From NCBI GenBank assembly GCA_016861205.1, contig BOKX01000001.1, forward strand, positions 8,539 to 72,538: DNA of 64,000 bases, in the 5' to 3' direction. The position numbers and the translations under genes are program-made. The stretch comes from Patescibacteria group bacterium. Lineage in GTDB: Bacteria; Patescibacteriota; Microgenomatia; UBA1400; PJMF01. Under the pieces are notes generated by a model. It did no database searches and was not told the origin of the DNA. It saw only the letters and a program-made list of their open reading frames with translations. Of the stretch, positions 8,758 through 17,408 are shown in pieces (the first letter of the stretch is position 1; every line of letters begins with the position of its first letter).

Positions 8758-9585
8758 ATGAGCGAAAGCAACGCAACTCTTCTTCATGTAGTAAGCGATT
8801 ATGTGGCTGGTGGCCTGGAATTTGGTGAGATCACTTCTCGTCTGCAGTACCATCTGCAAGATCCACACCAAGTGAGAATTCACAGCACTTCTGTGCCGTC
8901 ACTCGATACAATGGCGATGGCCTTTGTAACTGGCCAGTATGCGTTTGCCCCCCACAAAGGTCGAATGTTTATTTATGGCAATGCTGCCCCACGCCGTACC
9001 ACGAGTAAAGCAAGTAAAGATAACCGTGATAATGGCATTCAGTACGCTCGCCTCGATAACGGTGTCGAGATCATTAATGTGTACTCAGAGTATGCGTTTG
9101 GTTTTGTGAAAGACCACATTGCTGAGTATCGACTAGTTGACTGTCCAGTGGGAGGTTCACAGTTCCGATCTCGAGACTTTTTCCCAGAGCGGGTGGCCCG
9201 ATTGATCGATGGTGATCGATCAGTTCTCGGCGAAGAGTTATCAGTAGCTGATATTCCAGCCATCCCCAACAACTTGGTAGCTTGGACCGATGGTTTTGGC
9301 AACATCAAAACCACCATGCGCAAATCAGATCTGGATAAAGCCGGTCTTACCATGGGCCAAACAGTGCAAGTTATCCTAAATGGGGTCAGTATGATGGGTG
9401 TCATCGCTACTGGTGGTTTTGCGGTCGATCGCGGAGTGCTGGCTATCAACGCTGGTTCCTCTGGGTACGATGATCCTTTTATCGAACTTTTCCTTCGTGT
9501 CCATCACATGAGTGAAAAGACCGCAGCTGTCCGATTTGACTATCCTGAAGGTGGCACCCCATTTGAGATTAAGCCGGTGGTGTAG
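8758..9585 (+). CDS. Divergent SAM hydroxide adenosyltransferase/halogenase (DUF62)-like protein
   Basis: VVSDY at the N-terminus, QFRSRDFFP, WTDGFGNIKTT, INAGSSG. Start at ATG 8758 after TGTTACAAT. Confidence 0.6.
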   Translation: MSESNATLLHVVSDYVAGGLEFGEITSRLQYHLQDPHQVRIHSTSVPSLDTMAMAFVTGQYAFAPHKGRMFIYGNAAPRRTTSKASKDNRDNGIQYARLDNGVEIINVYSEYAFGFVKDHIAEYRLVDCPVGGSQFRSRDFFPERVARLIDGDRSVLGEELSVADIPAIPNNLVAWTDGFGNIKTTMRKSDLDKAGLTMGQTVQVILNGVSMMGVIATGGFAVDRGVLAINAGSSGYDDPFIELFLRVHHMSEKTAAVRFDYPEGGTPFEIKPVV

Positions 9586-9604
9586 CCGGGTCATACATAG
9601 GTCA

Positions 9605-9895
9605 ATGACAACATCAACGCCCGTTTCTACTCATCATAAGTCGCACGATCAGCTGCTCGCTGAGCTCGCGGCTGCCAAAACAAAAGTTCAGGTCGGAGGT
9701 CGATACGCTCACTACAAATATCCAGAAAACACCTATCTGGTCATTGGGCTGGGTTTTCGTGAAGCCAGCGATAGTTTGTGTGTAATGTACCAAGCTGAGT
9801 ACGATCCAAGTTTAGTGTTCATCAGAGAGCTTGAAAGTTGGTTAGAAACCCCTGAAGTGAACGGAGTTAAAGTTCCGCGTTTTTTGGCCATTTAG
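9605..9895 (+). CDS. DUF1653-family protein
   Basis: GRYAHYK..YLVIG...VMYQAEY...FIRELESW...VPRF pattern. Confidence 0.7.
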   Translation: MTTSTPVSTHHKSHDQLLAELAAAKTKVQVGGRYAHYKYPENTYLVIGLGFREASDSLCVMYQAEYDPSLVFIRELESWLETPEVNGVKVPRFLAI

Positions 9896-10269
9896 GATTG
9901 AGAGATTTGCCCTAGGTTGACTTCTCGAATAAACTTTTTTTGGGGGAAACGACCACTAACGTTGCCTTTTTCTTGCAATTCTTGAATGTGGCTTTCAAAG
10001 TATGTTGTGCAGACCCATATCTGCAGAATGAAATCCATTCCATCTAATGCTGAAGGCGGTACAGCATCAAGGGTTTTTTGGTAATCTTGGAGGGCTTGTT
10101 CAGGGCCGGCAAACACATCCATTGTGCTACCAATTTCGGCTATCCGTTTGTTTTCACTATTCATGAGCCGGGCAACCCAACAGAATCCAAGTACAGAGTA
10201 GGGTTTATCACTTGGATCAAACCAGGATTCGGAGTTTTCTATCATATCAATTTGACGGCTGGCGACCAT
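9892..10269 (-). CDS. Hypothetical protein
   Basis: ORF downstream of tRNA-Cys. The ORF-track N-terminus overlaps the tRNA, so the start was moved to 10269 (10245 is an alternative). Confidence 0.45.
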   Translation of the reverse strand: MVASRQIDMIENSESWFDPSDKPYSVLGFCWVARLMNSENKRIAEIGSTMDVFAGPEQALQDYQKTLDAVPPSALDGMDFILQIWVCTTYFESHIQELQEKGNVSGRFPQKKFIREVNLGQISQS

Positions 10270-10307
10270 CTCCTTCTGGGCAAGGTGATATGTTAAAAGG
10301 TTGAGTG

Positions 10308-10381
10308 AGGCACGGAGGGGATTCGAACCCCTGAACGGAGGTTTTGCAGACCTCGCCATTAGGCCACTCTGGTACCGTGCC
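10308..10381 (-). tRNA. tRNA-Cys(GCA), CCA not encoded
   Basis: Minus strand GGCACGG...GAGGT-CTGCAAA-ACCTC...GGTTCGAATCCCCT-CCGTGCC-T; the U discriminator is typical of tRNA-Cys. Confidence 0.95.
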
Positions 10382-10461
10382 ACTGTTGCCGATTATAACG
10401 TGTCCGGGCTACTGGTCAAAAGCAATTGTTTTGCAGTTGGTCAGCCAGTACAATCGAAGTT

Positions 10462-11148
10462 ATGCCTTCACCCTGGATGATCTCACTGCAGAAATGGTTA
10501 GTTCATGTTAAGCCACAACTGATTTTTTTGTTTCAGGTAGCCGAAGGTTTTGTGGTAGCCGCCTGGCTAGTTGGGGCTACTTTATTTGTGCTGGAGCCAA
10601 CTTGGCGAGTTTGGCTTTATGACCTGGGTCGCCAGTTTGGGGTGGTGGCTCTCTCGTTGTACTTGTCGACTTTGGTCCCGGGCATTATGCAGCGGTTGCA
10701 GTTTCAGCCGTTATTGGCGGCTATGATTATGCCTTTCAGGCGACACTTGGGCATCCTTATGTTTTTGACTGCCTGTGTGCACATGAGTTTAACTTCCAGT
10801 CTGTTTTACATTGCGGCTGGTGTGCCTCTGGCACTCAACTGGGGACAAGTGGCCGGGCTCAGTACTCTGTCGGTTTTGCTGCCGCTGTGGCTAACGTCCA
10901 ACGATCCATCGCAAAAGTACCTTGGCAAAAACTGGAAACGACTTCATAAACTGACATATGTTGCATTATTTCTGGTTTTTGCCCACTTGGTTTTGTTTCA
11001 AAAAAAGTGGTTAATACCGACAGGTATTATGATTGGGTTTGAAGCCTGGTCATGGTTTGTCCTTTGGACGCGAGCTAAGAAAACTCCGGCACCAGATAGC
11101 CAAGCGGCCCCTACCCCACCAGTTACCCAAACTCCACCAACTGAGTAG
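10462..11148 (+). CDS. Ferric reductase-like heme-binding membrane protein (MsrQ/YedZ family)
   Basis: RRHLGI, conserved TM His, TSN...LGKNWKRLHKLTY...FAH. Confidence 0.8.
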   Translation: MPSPWMISLQKWLVHVKPQLIFLFQVAEGFVVAAWLVGATLFVLEPTWRVWLYDLGRQFGVVALSLYLSTLVPGIMQRLQFQPLLAAMIMPFRRHLGILMFLTACVHMSLTSSLFYIAAGVPLALNWGQVAGLSTLSVLLPLWLTSNDPSQKYLGKNWKRLHKLTYVALFLVFAHLVLFQKKWLIPTGIMIGFEAWSWFVLWTRAKKTPAPDSQAAPTPPVTQTPPTE

Positions 11149-11180
11149 ACACTGTCCTCAGTTGTTGCTATTATTTTGGT

Positions 11181-12137
11181 ATGACAAAACTCCGGACCTT
11201 TGTACGAACCTTTATCAAGTCGTGTTTCGACCCCAGTTACTACCGTGACATTTGGCACGCTAAACCCAGCTTTTCTTGGCAGTATTTCTTGTTTTTGCAG
11301 GCCATTTTATCGGTGATCGTCACCGTTTGGGTCATGATTCCCATTGCAGCTTTCAACTTGAGTGCCACCATCAGTGATGTAGCGAAGCATTACCCACAAG
11401 AGCTTGTTATCAAACTTGACCAATCAGGGGTGCACATTAATCAGCCACTGCCCTATCAAATTGCCATGCCCAAAGAAAAACAGTACTACGACATGCAGGA
11501 AGGTGACACACCAGACTATCTCGTCACCTTCGCCGATGACGCGACCGTGAATGGTTTAAGCGACGTCTATGCATACGACTCAGTTGCCGTCGTCACGCAA
11601 TCAACCGCCTACTTCATCAAAGACCTAGATACTCGGGAAGTTCGAGCCTATCCATTAACCAATGGTGAAATGACTCAACCGCTCGAAGTATCAGCCGCTC
11701 AGATCGAGATGTGGAAGAACAAAGTCATGGAACTGCCGGTCATTAAACATCGTTGGTATGTGGCTCCGATTGCAGCGGTGATCTTCACCTTTGTTTGGGT
11801 CGGTATGACCTTAGTTCGCTTGATCACGTTAGCAATCTACACGGCCGCCGTGTGGGTGGCAGTCAAGGTGTTCTTTAAGGGCAAGACATTCGAGTATGGC
11901 ACGCTGTTCCGCTTTGGTCTGCACTCACTGACTCTGATCGTGTTGATTGCCATGATCACTAGCTATGCCGGTTATGACGTCCTGCATGGGGGCTGGTACT
12001 TCCTGGCTTACCTGATTTGGACGTTGGTGTGTGTGAATGCAGCCGCTGGTAGTTCCACAACCCGAATGGCTGCAGCTCCAAAAGCAATAGCAAAATCACG
12101 GGCCAAAAAGCCCGCCGCCAAAGCCAAAAGAAAGTAA
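11181..12137 (+). CDS. Membrane protein (DUF1189-like) with a Lys/Ala-rich C-terminal tail
   Basis: N-terminal TM, extracytoplasmic loop, about four C-terminal TMs, and the tail AAAPKAIAKSRAKKPAAKAKRK. Confidence 0.55.
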   Translation: MTKLRTFVRTFIKSCFDPSYYRDIWHAKPSFSWQYFLFLQAILSVIVTVWVMIPIAAFNLSATISDVAKHYPQELVIKLDQSGVHINQPLPYQIAMPKEKQYYDMQEGDTPDYLVTFADDATVNGLSDVYAYDSVAVVTQSTAYFIKDLDTREVRAYPLTNGEMTQPLEVSAAQIEMWKNKVMELPVIKHRWYVAPIAAVIFTFVWVGMTLVRLITLAIYTAAVWVAVKVFFKGKTFEYGTLFRFGLHSLTLIVLIAMITSYAGYDVLHGGWYFLAYLIWTLVCVNAAAGSSTTRMAAAPKAIAKSRAKKPAAKAKRK

Positions 12138-12188
12138 TATCGGCGGTTTTCTGCCTGATTTGTCGAGCAAAGCTGGTACAATACCCGC

Positions 12189-13352
12189 ATGCCGTCGCAG
12201 GCCAAAACCTACTATATTCATACCTTCGGGTGCCAATCAAACAAGAGCGATTCAGAACGCATTGCTGGTGACTACGAAGCTCGAGGCTTTGCTGAGGCCA
12301 AGGATTGGCGCGTGTGTGACGAGTTAGTGGTGAACACCTGTGCAGTTCGCCAACGGGCGGAAGATCGGGCTAAAGGGTTTTTACACAACGTAGCGGTGTA
12401 CTTCCATGAGCATGGTCAACGTCGTCCTAAAATCATTTTGACCGGCTGCATGACTCACCACGGCCACGACAAGTTGTACGAGATGCTGCCAATTGTCGAT
12501 GAAATTTTGCCGATCAATGAAGTCGGCTTTAACCAAGCCGCAGTTCGCAAAGATGAGTATCATGCTTGGTTGCCGATCTCGACTGGCTGCAACTCATTTT
12601 GTACCTACTGCATCGTGCCCTACTCGCGTGGGCGTGAGGCCTCACGGAGTTTTGAGTCAATCATGACCGAGGTTGATGACCTGGTCAAACGAGGCTACCG
12701 AGAAATCACGTTGTTGGGCATGAATGTGAACTCATGGGGTTTGGAAAAAGTGGGCATTGGTTTTCGCAAACTGATGTTGGAGAACAAAAACTTCACCCGT
12801 GAAGACTTACCAGACAACCAAACCCAGTATTTGTCACCAACTGGTACGCCACCATTCGTAAAACTCATCCAAGCTATTTCCGCGTATCCTGAAATTACGA
12901 AACTGCGGTTTTTGACCAGCAATCCTTGGGATTTTCACGATGAGCTCATCGAGGAAATTGCCAACAACCCCAAAATTGATCGCTACATTCACCTGCCGAT
13001 TCAGTCAGGCAGTAACGAGGTTTTGTACCGAATGAACCGCGGTTACACGCGCGAGAGTTATGTGGAGCTAGTCAAAAAGTTGCGAGCTGCCGCTCCGGAC
13101 ATTGTGATTGGTACCGACATCATTGTTGGTTTTCCCGGTGAGACCGAGGCTGAGTTTGAAGAGACAGTCAGTTTGGCCAAAGATATAAACTGGAAAGTGG
13201 CGTTTGTAGCGATTTACTCCCCCCGACCTGGGACCGCCAGTTGGCGAATTTATCCTGATGAGATTCCTCACTCTGTCAAAAAGCAACGCTGGGAAGTCTT
13301 GGATCAAATCATTAACAAGGATCAGCTAGCAGATCGGCCAGTGATTGTGTAA
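12189..13352 (+). CDS. miaB: tRNA methylthiotransferase MiaB (no TRAM domain)
   Basis: TFGCQSNKSDSE, NTCAVR, TGC, the radical-SAM motif CNSFCTYC, DIIVGFPGET, YSPRPGT. Adjacent to miaA. Confidence 0.9.
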   Translation: MPSQAKTYYIHTFGCQSNKSDSERIAGDYEARGFAEAKDWRVCDELVVNTCAVRQRAEDRAKGFLHNVAVYFHEHGQRRPKIILTGCMTHHGHDKLYEMLPIVDEILPINEVGFNQAAVRKDEYHAWLPISTGCNSFCTYCIVPYSRGREASRSFESIMTEVDDLVKRGYREITLLGMNVNSWGLEKVGIGFRKLMLENKNFTREDLPDNQTQYLSPTGTPPFVKLIQAISAYPEITKLRFLTSNPWDFHDELIEEIANNPKIDRYIHLPIQSGSNEVLYRMNRGYTRESYVELVKKLRAAAPDIVIGTDIIVGFPGETEAEFEETVSLAKDINWKVAFVAIYSPRPGTASWRIYPDEIPHSVKKQRWEVLDQIINKDQLADRPVIV

Positions 13353-13387
13353 GGCCTCACAAGTTGGTGAGAGAGAGCTGGTATGCC

Positions 13388-14392
13388 ATGAAGTCAGTAT
13401 CACCCGTCGTTATTTCTCTGATCGGTCCGACAGCAGTTGGCAAAACAGCAGCTGCTGAGTGGCTGATCAAACAGTGTTTGGCGGCAGGTTGGAATGGCGT
13501 TGACCTAGTGGTGGCCGATTCACGGCAAGTGTATCAGGGACTTGAGATCGTGAGTGGCGCTGATATTAATCCTGATTTGCAACCTGTGCAGCAACCAAAC
13601 CTGCCGTATCGCAGCTGGGTGCGCGACGCCGTGGAGTGGCATGGTGTCAGCATCATTAAACCTGATGAGGAGTGGTCGGTAGCACACTTTCAGACTTTGT
13701 TTCAAGCGGTTTGGCAACGTGCGCTGGCAGAACAGCGAGTAGTTTTGTTGGTTGGTGGTACCGGTTTATACCATGATCATATTTTTACCACCGATCCCGC
13801 TTTGCATGTGCCGCCGGATGCGGTATTGCGGGCCAAAACTGCCCAGCTGACTGTGGCTGAACTGCAGGCTCTCGTTTCAGCCGAGCAACCTGCTCGTTGG
13901 CAAGCTATGAATCAGTCAGACCGATCCAATCCTCGGCGGCTGGTTCGGGCATTAGAAATTGGTCAGACACCGTCGCTCAGCACTGAACAACTGTCGCCGT
14001 CTCCGGAGATGGGGCCGCGGCCACCTCACCAGTATTGGGGGTTAATTGACAGCCTTGAGACCATTCGTGCTCGAATTGTGACGCGAGTTGAGCAGCGTTG
14101 GCAGCAGGGAGCCTTGGGTGAAGTCGAGGCTTTGTTAGCGCAGTTTCAGTCGGCTGAGGCGGCTGTAAAGTGGCCGGCGTTGAGTGCAACCGGAGTTAAA
14201 GAGTTAGCGGCGTACTTGGCAGATCAACTGACCGAGGAGCAAGCCAAGCAACTTTGGGCTCAACGCGAGTTTCAGTATGCGAAACGACAATTGACCTGGT
14301 GGCGAAAACAGCCAGCGGTTCAGTGGGTGGATGTTGTTGAACCGGGTTACCTTGAGCTGTTATGGCGGCATGGCAAAAACTTGCTATACTAA
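13388..14392 (+). CDS. miaA: tRNA dimethylallyltransferase
   Basis: GPTAVGKT, ADSRQVY, VGGTGLY, NPRRLVRALE, YAKRQLTW. Confidence 0.93.
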   Translation: MKSVSPVVISLIGPTAVGKTAAAEWLIKQCLAAGWNGVDLVVADSRQVYQGLEIVSGADINPDLQPVQQPNLPYRSWVRDAVEWHGVSIIKPDEEWSVAHFQTLFQAVWQRALAEQRVVLLVGGTGLYHDHIFTTDPALHVPPDAVLRAKTAQLTVAELQALVSAEQPARWQAMNQSDRSNPRRLVRALEIGQTPSLSTEQLSPSPEMGPRPPHQYWGLIDSLETIRARIVTRVEQRWQQGALGEVEALLAQFQSAEAAVKWPALSATGVKELAAYLADQLTEEQAKQLWAQREFQYAKRQLTWWRKQPAVQWVDVVEPGYLELLWRHGKNLLY

Positions 14393-14409
14393 GAGCAAGG
14401 AGTAACTCC

Positions 14410-15423
14410 ATGTTGTCATTCGGTTCCAATCAGCGCAGTGTCACCATTTCACCTTCAGTGGTGGTGTTTGGCGTTTTCCTGGTGCTTTTTCTCTACTTTT
14501 TGTTTTTCATCCGATCCATTCTGACACTCTTGTTCTTAGCATTCATTGTGATGGTAGCGTTGAATCCCGCGGTGACTGGTTTGGAGAAACGCTTGCGTAT
14601 TCCCCGGGCACTGAGTACCGCGTTGGTGTATTTAGTGGTGTTTGGTTTAATTGCAACCTTGCTTGCCTGGATTGTGCCGGCCAGTGTTCAGCAGTTGTAC
14701 CTGTTGGTTCGAGCTTTTGACATTCCGTTCCTGCAAGATGAAATTCGTAATATTCGCCTTGACCTGAGCGAACTCTCCGCTTTAGCAGGTCGAGTTGGAG
14801 ACTCAGTTGGTTTTGTGTTCTCATTGATTTCTTCAACGTTTGCAGGCATCTTTACTGCTTTCACTCTAATTGTGATGTCATTTTACTTGATGTTGGATCG
14901 ACCGTATTTACATCTCAAGGTCAAGTGGTTTACGAAGCGCGCTGAGACAGTCAAGCTGGCCAAAGAGTTTTTGGACTCGGTGGAGAGTCAACTTGGTGGC
15001 TGGGTACGAGGGCAGTTTATTTTAATGCTGGTGATTGGATTGGTGACGTACTTGGGTTTACTTCTGCTCGGTGTTCCCTACGCACTGCCGTTGGCAGTCG
15101 TAGCTGGTTTGTTAGAGATTGTGCCAAATCTTGGCCCAACACTGGCGGCGGTACCCAGTATTATCCTGGCTTACTTAACCATGGGGCCAGTTTCAGCTGG
15201 TTTGACAGTTTTGTTCTACATTATTGTGCAACAGTTGGAAAACAACATCATTGTGCCAAAGATTTTAAAAGACAATGCTGATGTCAATCCATTAGTTGCT
15301 ATCGTGACGATTCTGATTGGGTTGCAGGTGGGCGGAGTGATCGGTGCGTTATTGTCAGTGCCAGCTTACATTGTGCTGCGAACACTGTACAGCTTATGGC
15401 TGCGCGAGTACGCAAATCGCTAA
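14410..15423 (+). CDS. AI-2E (PerM) family transporter
   Basis: ALNPAV, GGWVRGQ, LEIVPNLGP, QQLENNIIVPKI, GALLSVP. AAGGAG ribosome-binding site upstream of ATG 14410. Confidence 0.9.
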   Translation: MLSFGSNQRSVTISPSVVVFGVFLVLFLYFLFFIRSILTLLFLAFIVMVALNPAVTGLEKRLRIPRALSTALVYLVVFGLIATLLAWIVPASVQQLYLLVRAFDIPFLQDEIRNIRLDLSELSALAGRVGDSVGFVFSLISSTFAGIFTAFTLIVMSFYLMLDRPYLHLKVKWFTKRAETVKLAKEFLDSVESQLGGWVRGQFILMLVIGLVTYLGLLLLGVPYALPLAVVAGLLEIVPNLGPTLAAVPSIILAYLTMGPVSAGLTVLFYIIVQQLENNIIVPKILKDNADVNPLVAIVTILIGLQVGGVIGALLSVPAYIVLRTLYSLWLREYANR

Positions 15424-15468
15424 TCACTAATAGATTGATCTATAACCATTTTCTCGGTATCTCTACTC

Positions 15469-15497
15469 TTGACCTTTCAACTATTATAGGCTAAAGT
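15469..15497 (+). promoter_or_regulatory. Promoter of rnpB
   Basis: TTGACC-N17-TAAAGT ending 4 nt before helix P1. Confidence 0.6.
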
Positions 15498-15501
15498 ACT
15501 G

Positions 15502-15831
15502 GTGGGCACAGTTAAGTGATGGCCCCAAGCTCTCGAAGTTTGGGGAGGAAAGTCCGGACAGCAGGACAAAAGGTGCTTTGTCGAAAGGCAAAGGCTCCAC
15601 CTCGGTGGAGACAGTTAGAGCCACAGTGACGATGCGGGTGGCGCCGCGTGAAACGACCAAGCCTCTGGGTATCTCGCTTCGGCGAGAGGGTAATCCTCCC
15701 TGCTGCAACTGCCGAACTTCACCGTAATGGAGTTGTCCCCTTTTCCTCATTTTTAATGAGGTCGGTGATAAGGACGCAGGCATAGATAGATCATCACTCT
15801 CGACAGAATCTGGCTTATCGACTGTGCCCAC
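15502..15831 (+). ncRNA. rnpB: RNase P RNA
   Basis: GAGGAAAGTCCGG (P4 5' strand), AGAGCCACAG and GTGAAAC (specificity-domain conserved regions), ACAGAATCTGGCTTA (P4 3' strand), terminal helix GTGGGCACAGTT/GACTGTGCCCAC. Confidence 0.93.
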
Positions 15832-15887
15832 TTTTATTTTCAGACACTGGGTTTGCTCCGGCTCGGGTTGGTCGCTATAATAGGTCC

Positions 15888-16589
15888 ATGTTCACTTCTC
15901 TCCCTTTTGTTACGGACTCGGTTTGGACGTACGTCTCGAGTCAAACATTGAACGAAATTTCCTTGTTTTTGCCACGCTTGATTGCCGCAATTTTGGTGTT
16001 GTTATTGGGTGCGGCTGTGGCCAAGCTTGTTAAGCGGGTGGTGATCAAAATCCTCGAGGCTATGATGGTTTCGAAGTTGGTCAAAAATACCCCTGTTGAT
16101 CACTTTTTGCAAAACGCTGAGCTTGGTCAAAAAACTGAAGACATCGTTGGTTCAGTTGTTTACTGGCTCTTGATGTTGGTGGTGATTCACACCAGCGTTA
16201 CAGTTTTAGGTTTAACCCCTATTTCGGCTGTGCTGGCTCGAGTTCTGAACTACATTCCCAACGTTATCTCGGCCATCTTGGTTTTGTTCTTTGGTCTGTT
16301 GCTGGCTGGGGTGGTTGAGAGTGTCGTCAAAGCTTCCATCAAGAGTATCGATGGGAAAGCCTCTCGGCTGTTTGGCAAAATTGCCAGTTATATGGTCATG
16401 AGTGTAAGCGTGCTGGTTGGTATTTCCGAGCTAGGTATCGCTCGCGAGTTTATCATGATCTTGTTTGTGGGTTTGGTGACTATGATTTCGCTTGGTTTTG
16501 CTTTGGCATTAGGATTGGGCGCGAAAGATTTGGTGCGACAACTGTTGCAGGATTGGTACGAGCGAACTCGAGCTGAGGTTAAAGAATAA
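15888..16589 (+). CDS. Conserved TM-helix-repeat protein (CmpX/MscS-associated family)
   Basis: Two repeats (FLPRLIAAILVL and YIPNVISAILVL) and ALALGLGAKD. Confidence 0.8.
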   Translation: MFTSLPFVTDSVWTYVSSQTLNEISLFLPRLIAAILVLLLGAAVAKLVKRVVIKILEAMMVSKLVKNTPVDHFLQNAELGQKTEDIVGSVVYWLLMLVVIHTSVTVLGLTPISAVLARVLNYIPNVISAILVLFFGLLLAGVVESVVKASIKSIDGKASRLFGKIASYMVMSVSVLVGISELGIAREFIMILFVGLVTMISLGFALALGLGAKDLVRQLLQDWYERTRAEVKE

Positions 16590-16604
16590 GCATAGGAACA
16601 GAGC

Positions 16605-17393
16605 ATGTCTTCACTTACCGTTTGGGAAGCGTTTTGGTTGGGCTTGGTACAGGGTTTAACCGAGTTTTTGCCAGTATCGAGCTCAGGTCATTTGGTTCTT
16701 TTTCAACAAGTTTTTGATTGGCACGCCACGCTAACGTTCGACGTTTTGTTGCACATGGCGACGTTAGTGGCTATCGTGACTTTCTTTGGTAAGAGCTTGT
16801 TTAAGGTCAGTCGCCGAGAGTGGTTGCTGGTGCTAGTCGGGACTATTCCGGCTGGAGTGGCAGGAGTGCTTTTCAAAGATCAAATTGAGGCTTTGTTTGC
16901 GAATGATGTCTGGGTGGGCTGGGAGTTGGTAGCCACTGGCGTTATCAACTTAGTCACTGATCGTCGGTTAAATCAGCTGGCAAAGCTGCAAAAGCCGACC
17001 GAGCCAAAAATCGAACACCAGCTTTCGTTGTGGGACTCGATCTGGATGGGGGTTGGTCAGGCGGTAGCAATTGTGCCCGGGATCTCTCGATCTGGAACGA
17101 CCGTGGCCACTGGTATTTGGCGTCGGGTTGATCGTGAAGCAGCCTTTCGCTTTTCATTTTTGCTGGCCATCCCTGCTTTAGCTGGAGCTGGGTTGCTGCA
17201 GGTTAAAGACACCACAGCAGCCGAGTGGGCTCAGTTGCCACTGATCCCGGTTGTTGTCGGATGTACCGCGGCGCTACTGAGTGGTTTAGCCAGTTTAATA
17301 GTTTTTCGTTGGGTTATTCAAAAGGCGCGGCTCGAGTGGTTCGGCTGGTACTGTGTGGTAGTGGGTATTGTGGCGATTTGGTGGCTGCGATAA
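16605..17393 (+). CDS. uppP: Undecaprenyl-diphosphate phosphatase
   Basis: QGLTEFLPVSSSGH, PGISRSGTT, FSFLLAIPA. Confidence 0.95.
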   Translation: MSSLTVWEAFWLGLVQGLTEFLPVSSSGHLVLFQQVFDWHATLTFDVLLHMATLVAIVTFFGKSLFKVSRREWLLVLVGTIPAGVAGVLFKDQIEALFANDVWVGWELVATGVINLVTDRRLNQLAKLQKPTEPKIEHQLSLWDSIWMGVGQAVAIVPGISRSGTTVATGIWRRVDREAAFRFSFLLAIPALAGAGLLQVKDTTAAEWAQLPLIPVVVGCTAALLSGLASLIVFRWVIQKARLEWFGWYCVVVGIVAIWWLR

Positions 17394-17408
17394 CATTTTC
17401 CGATTTTT

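Noticed and set aside
10270-10383. N-terminal extension of the 9892 ORF
   Set aside because: It translates the tRNA-Cys sequence.
15484-15831. 115-aa minus-strand ORF
   Set aside because: It is the antisense shadow of the RNase P RNA gene.
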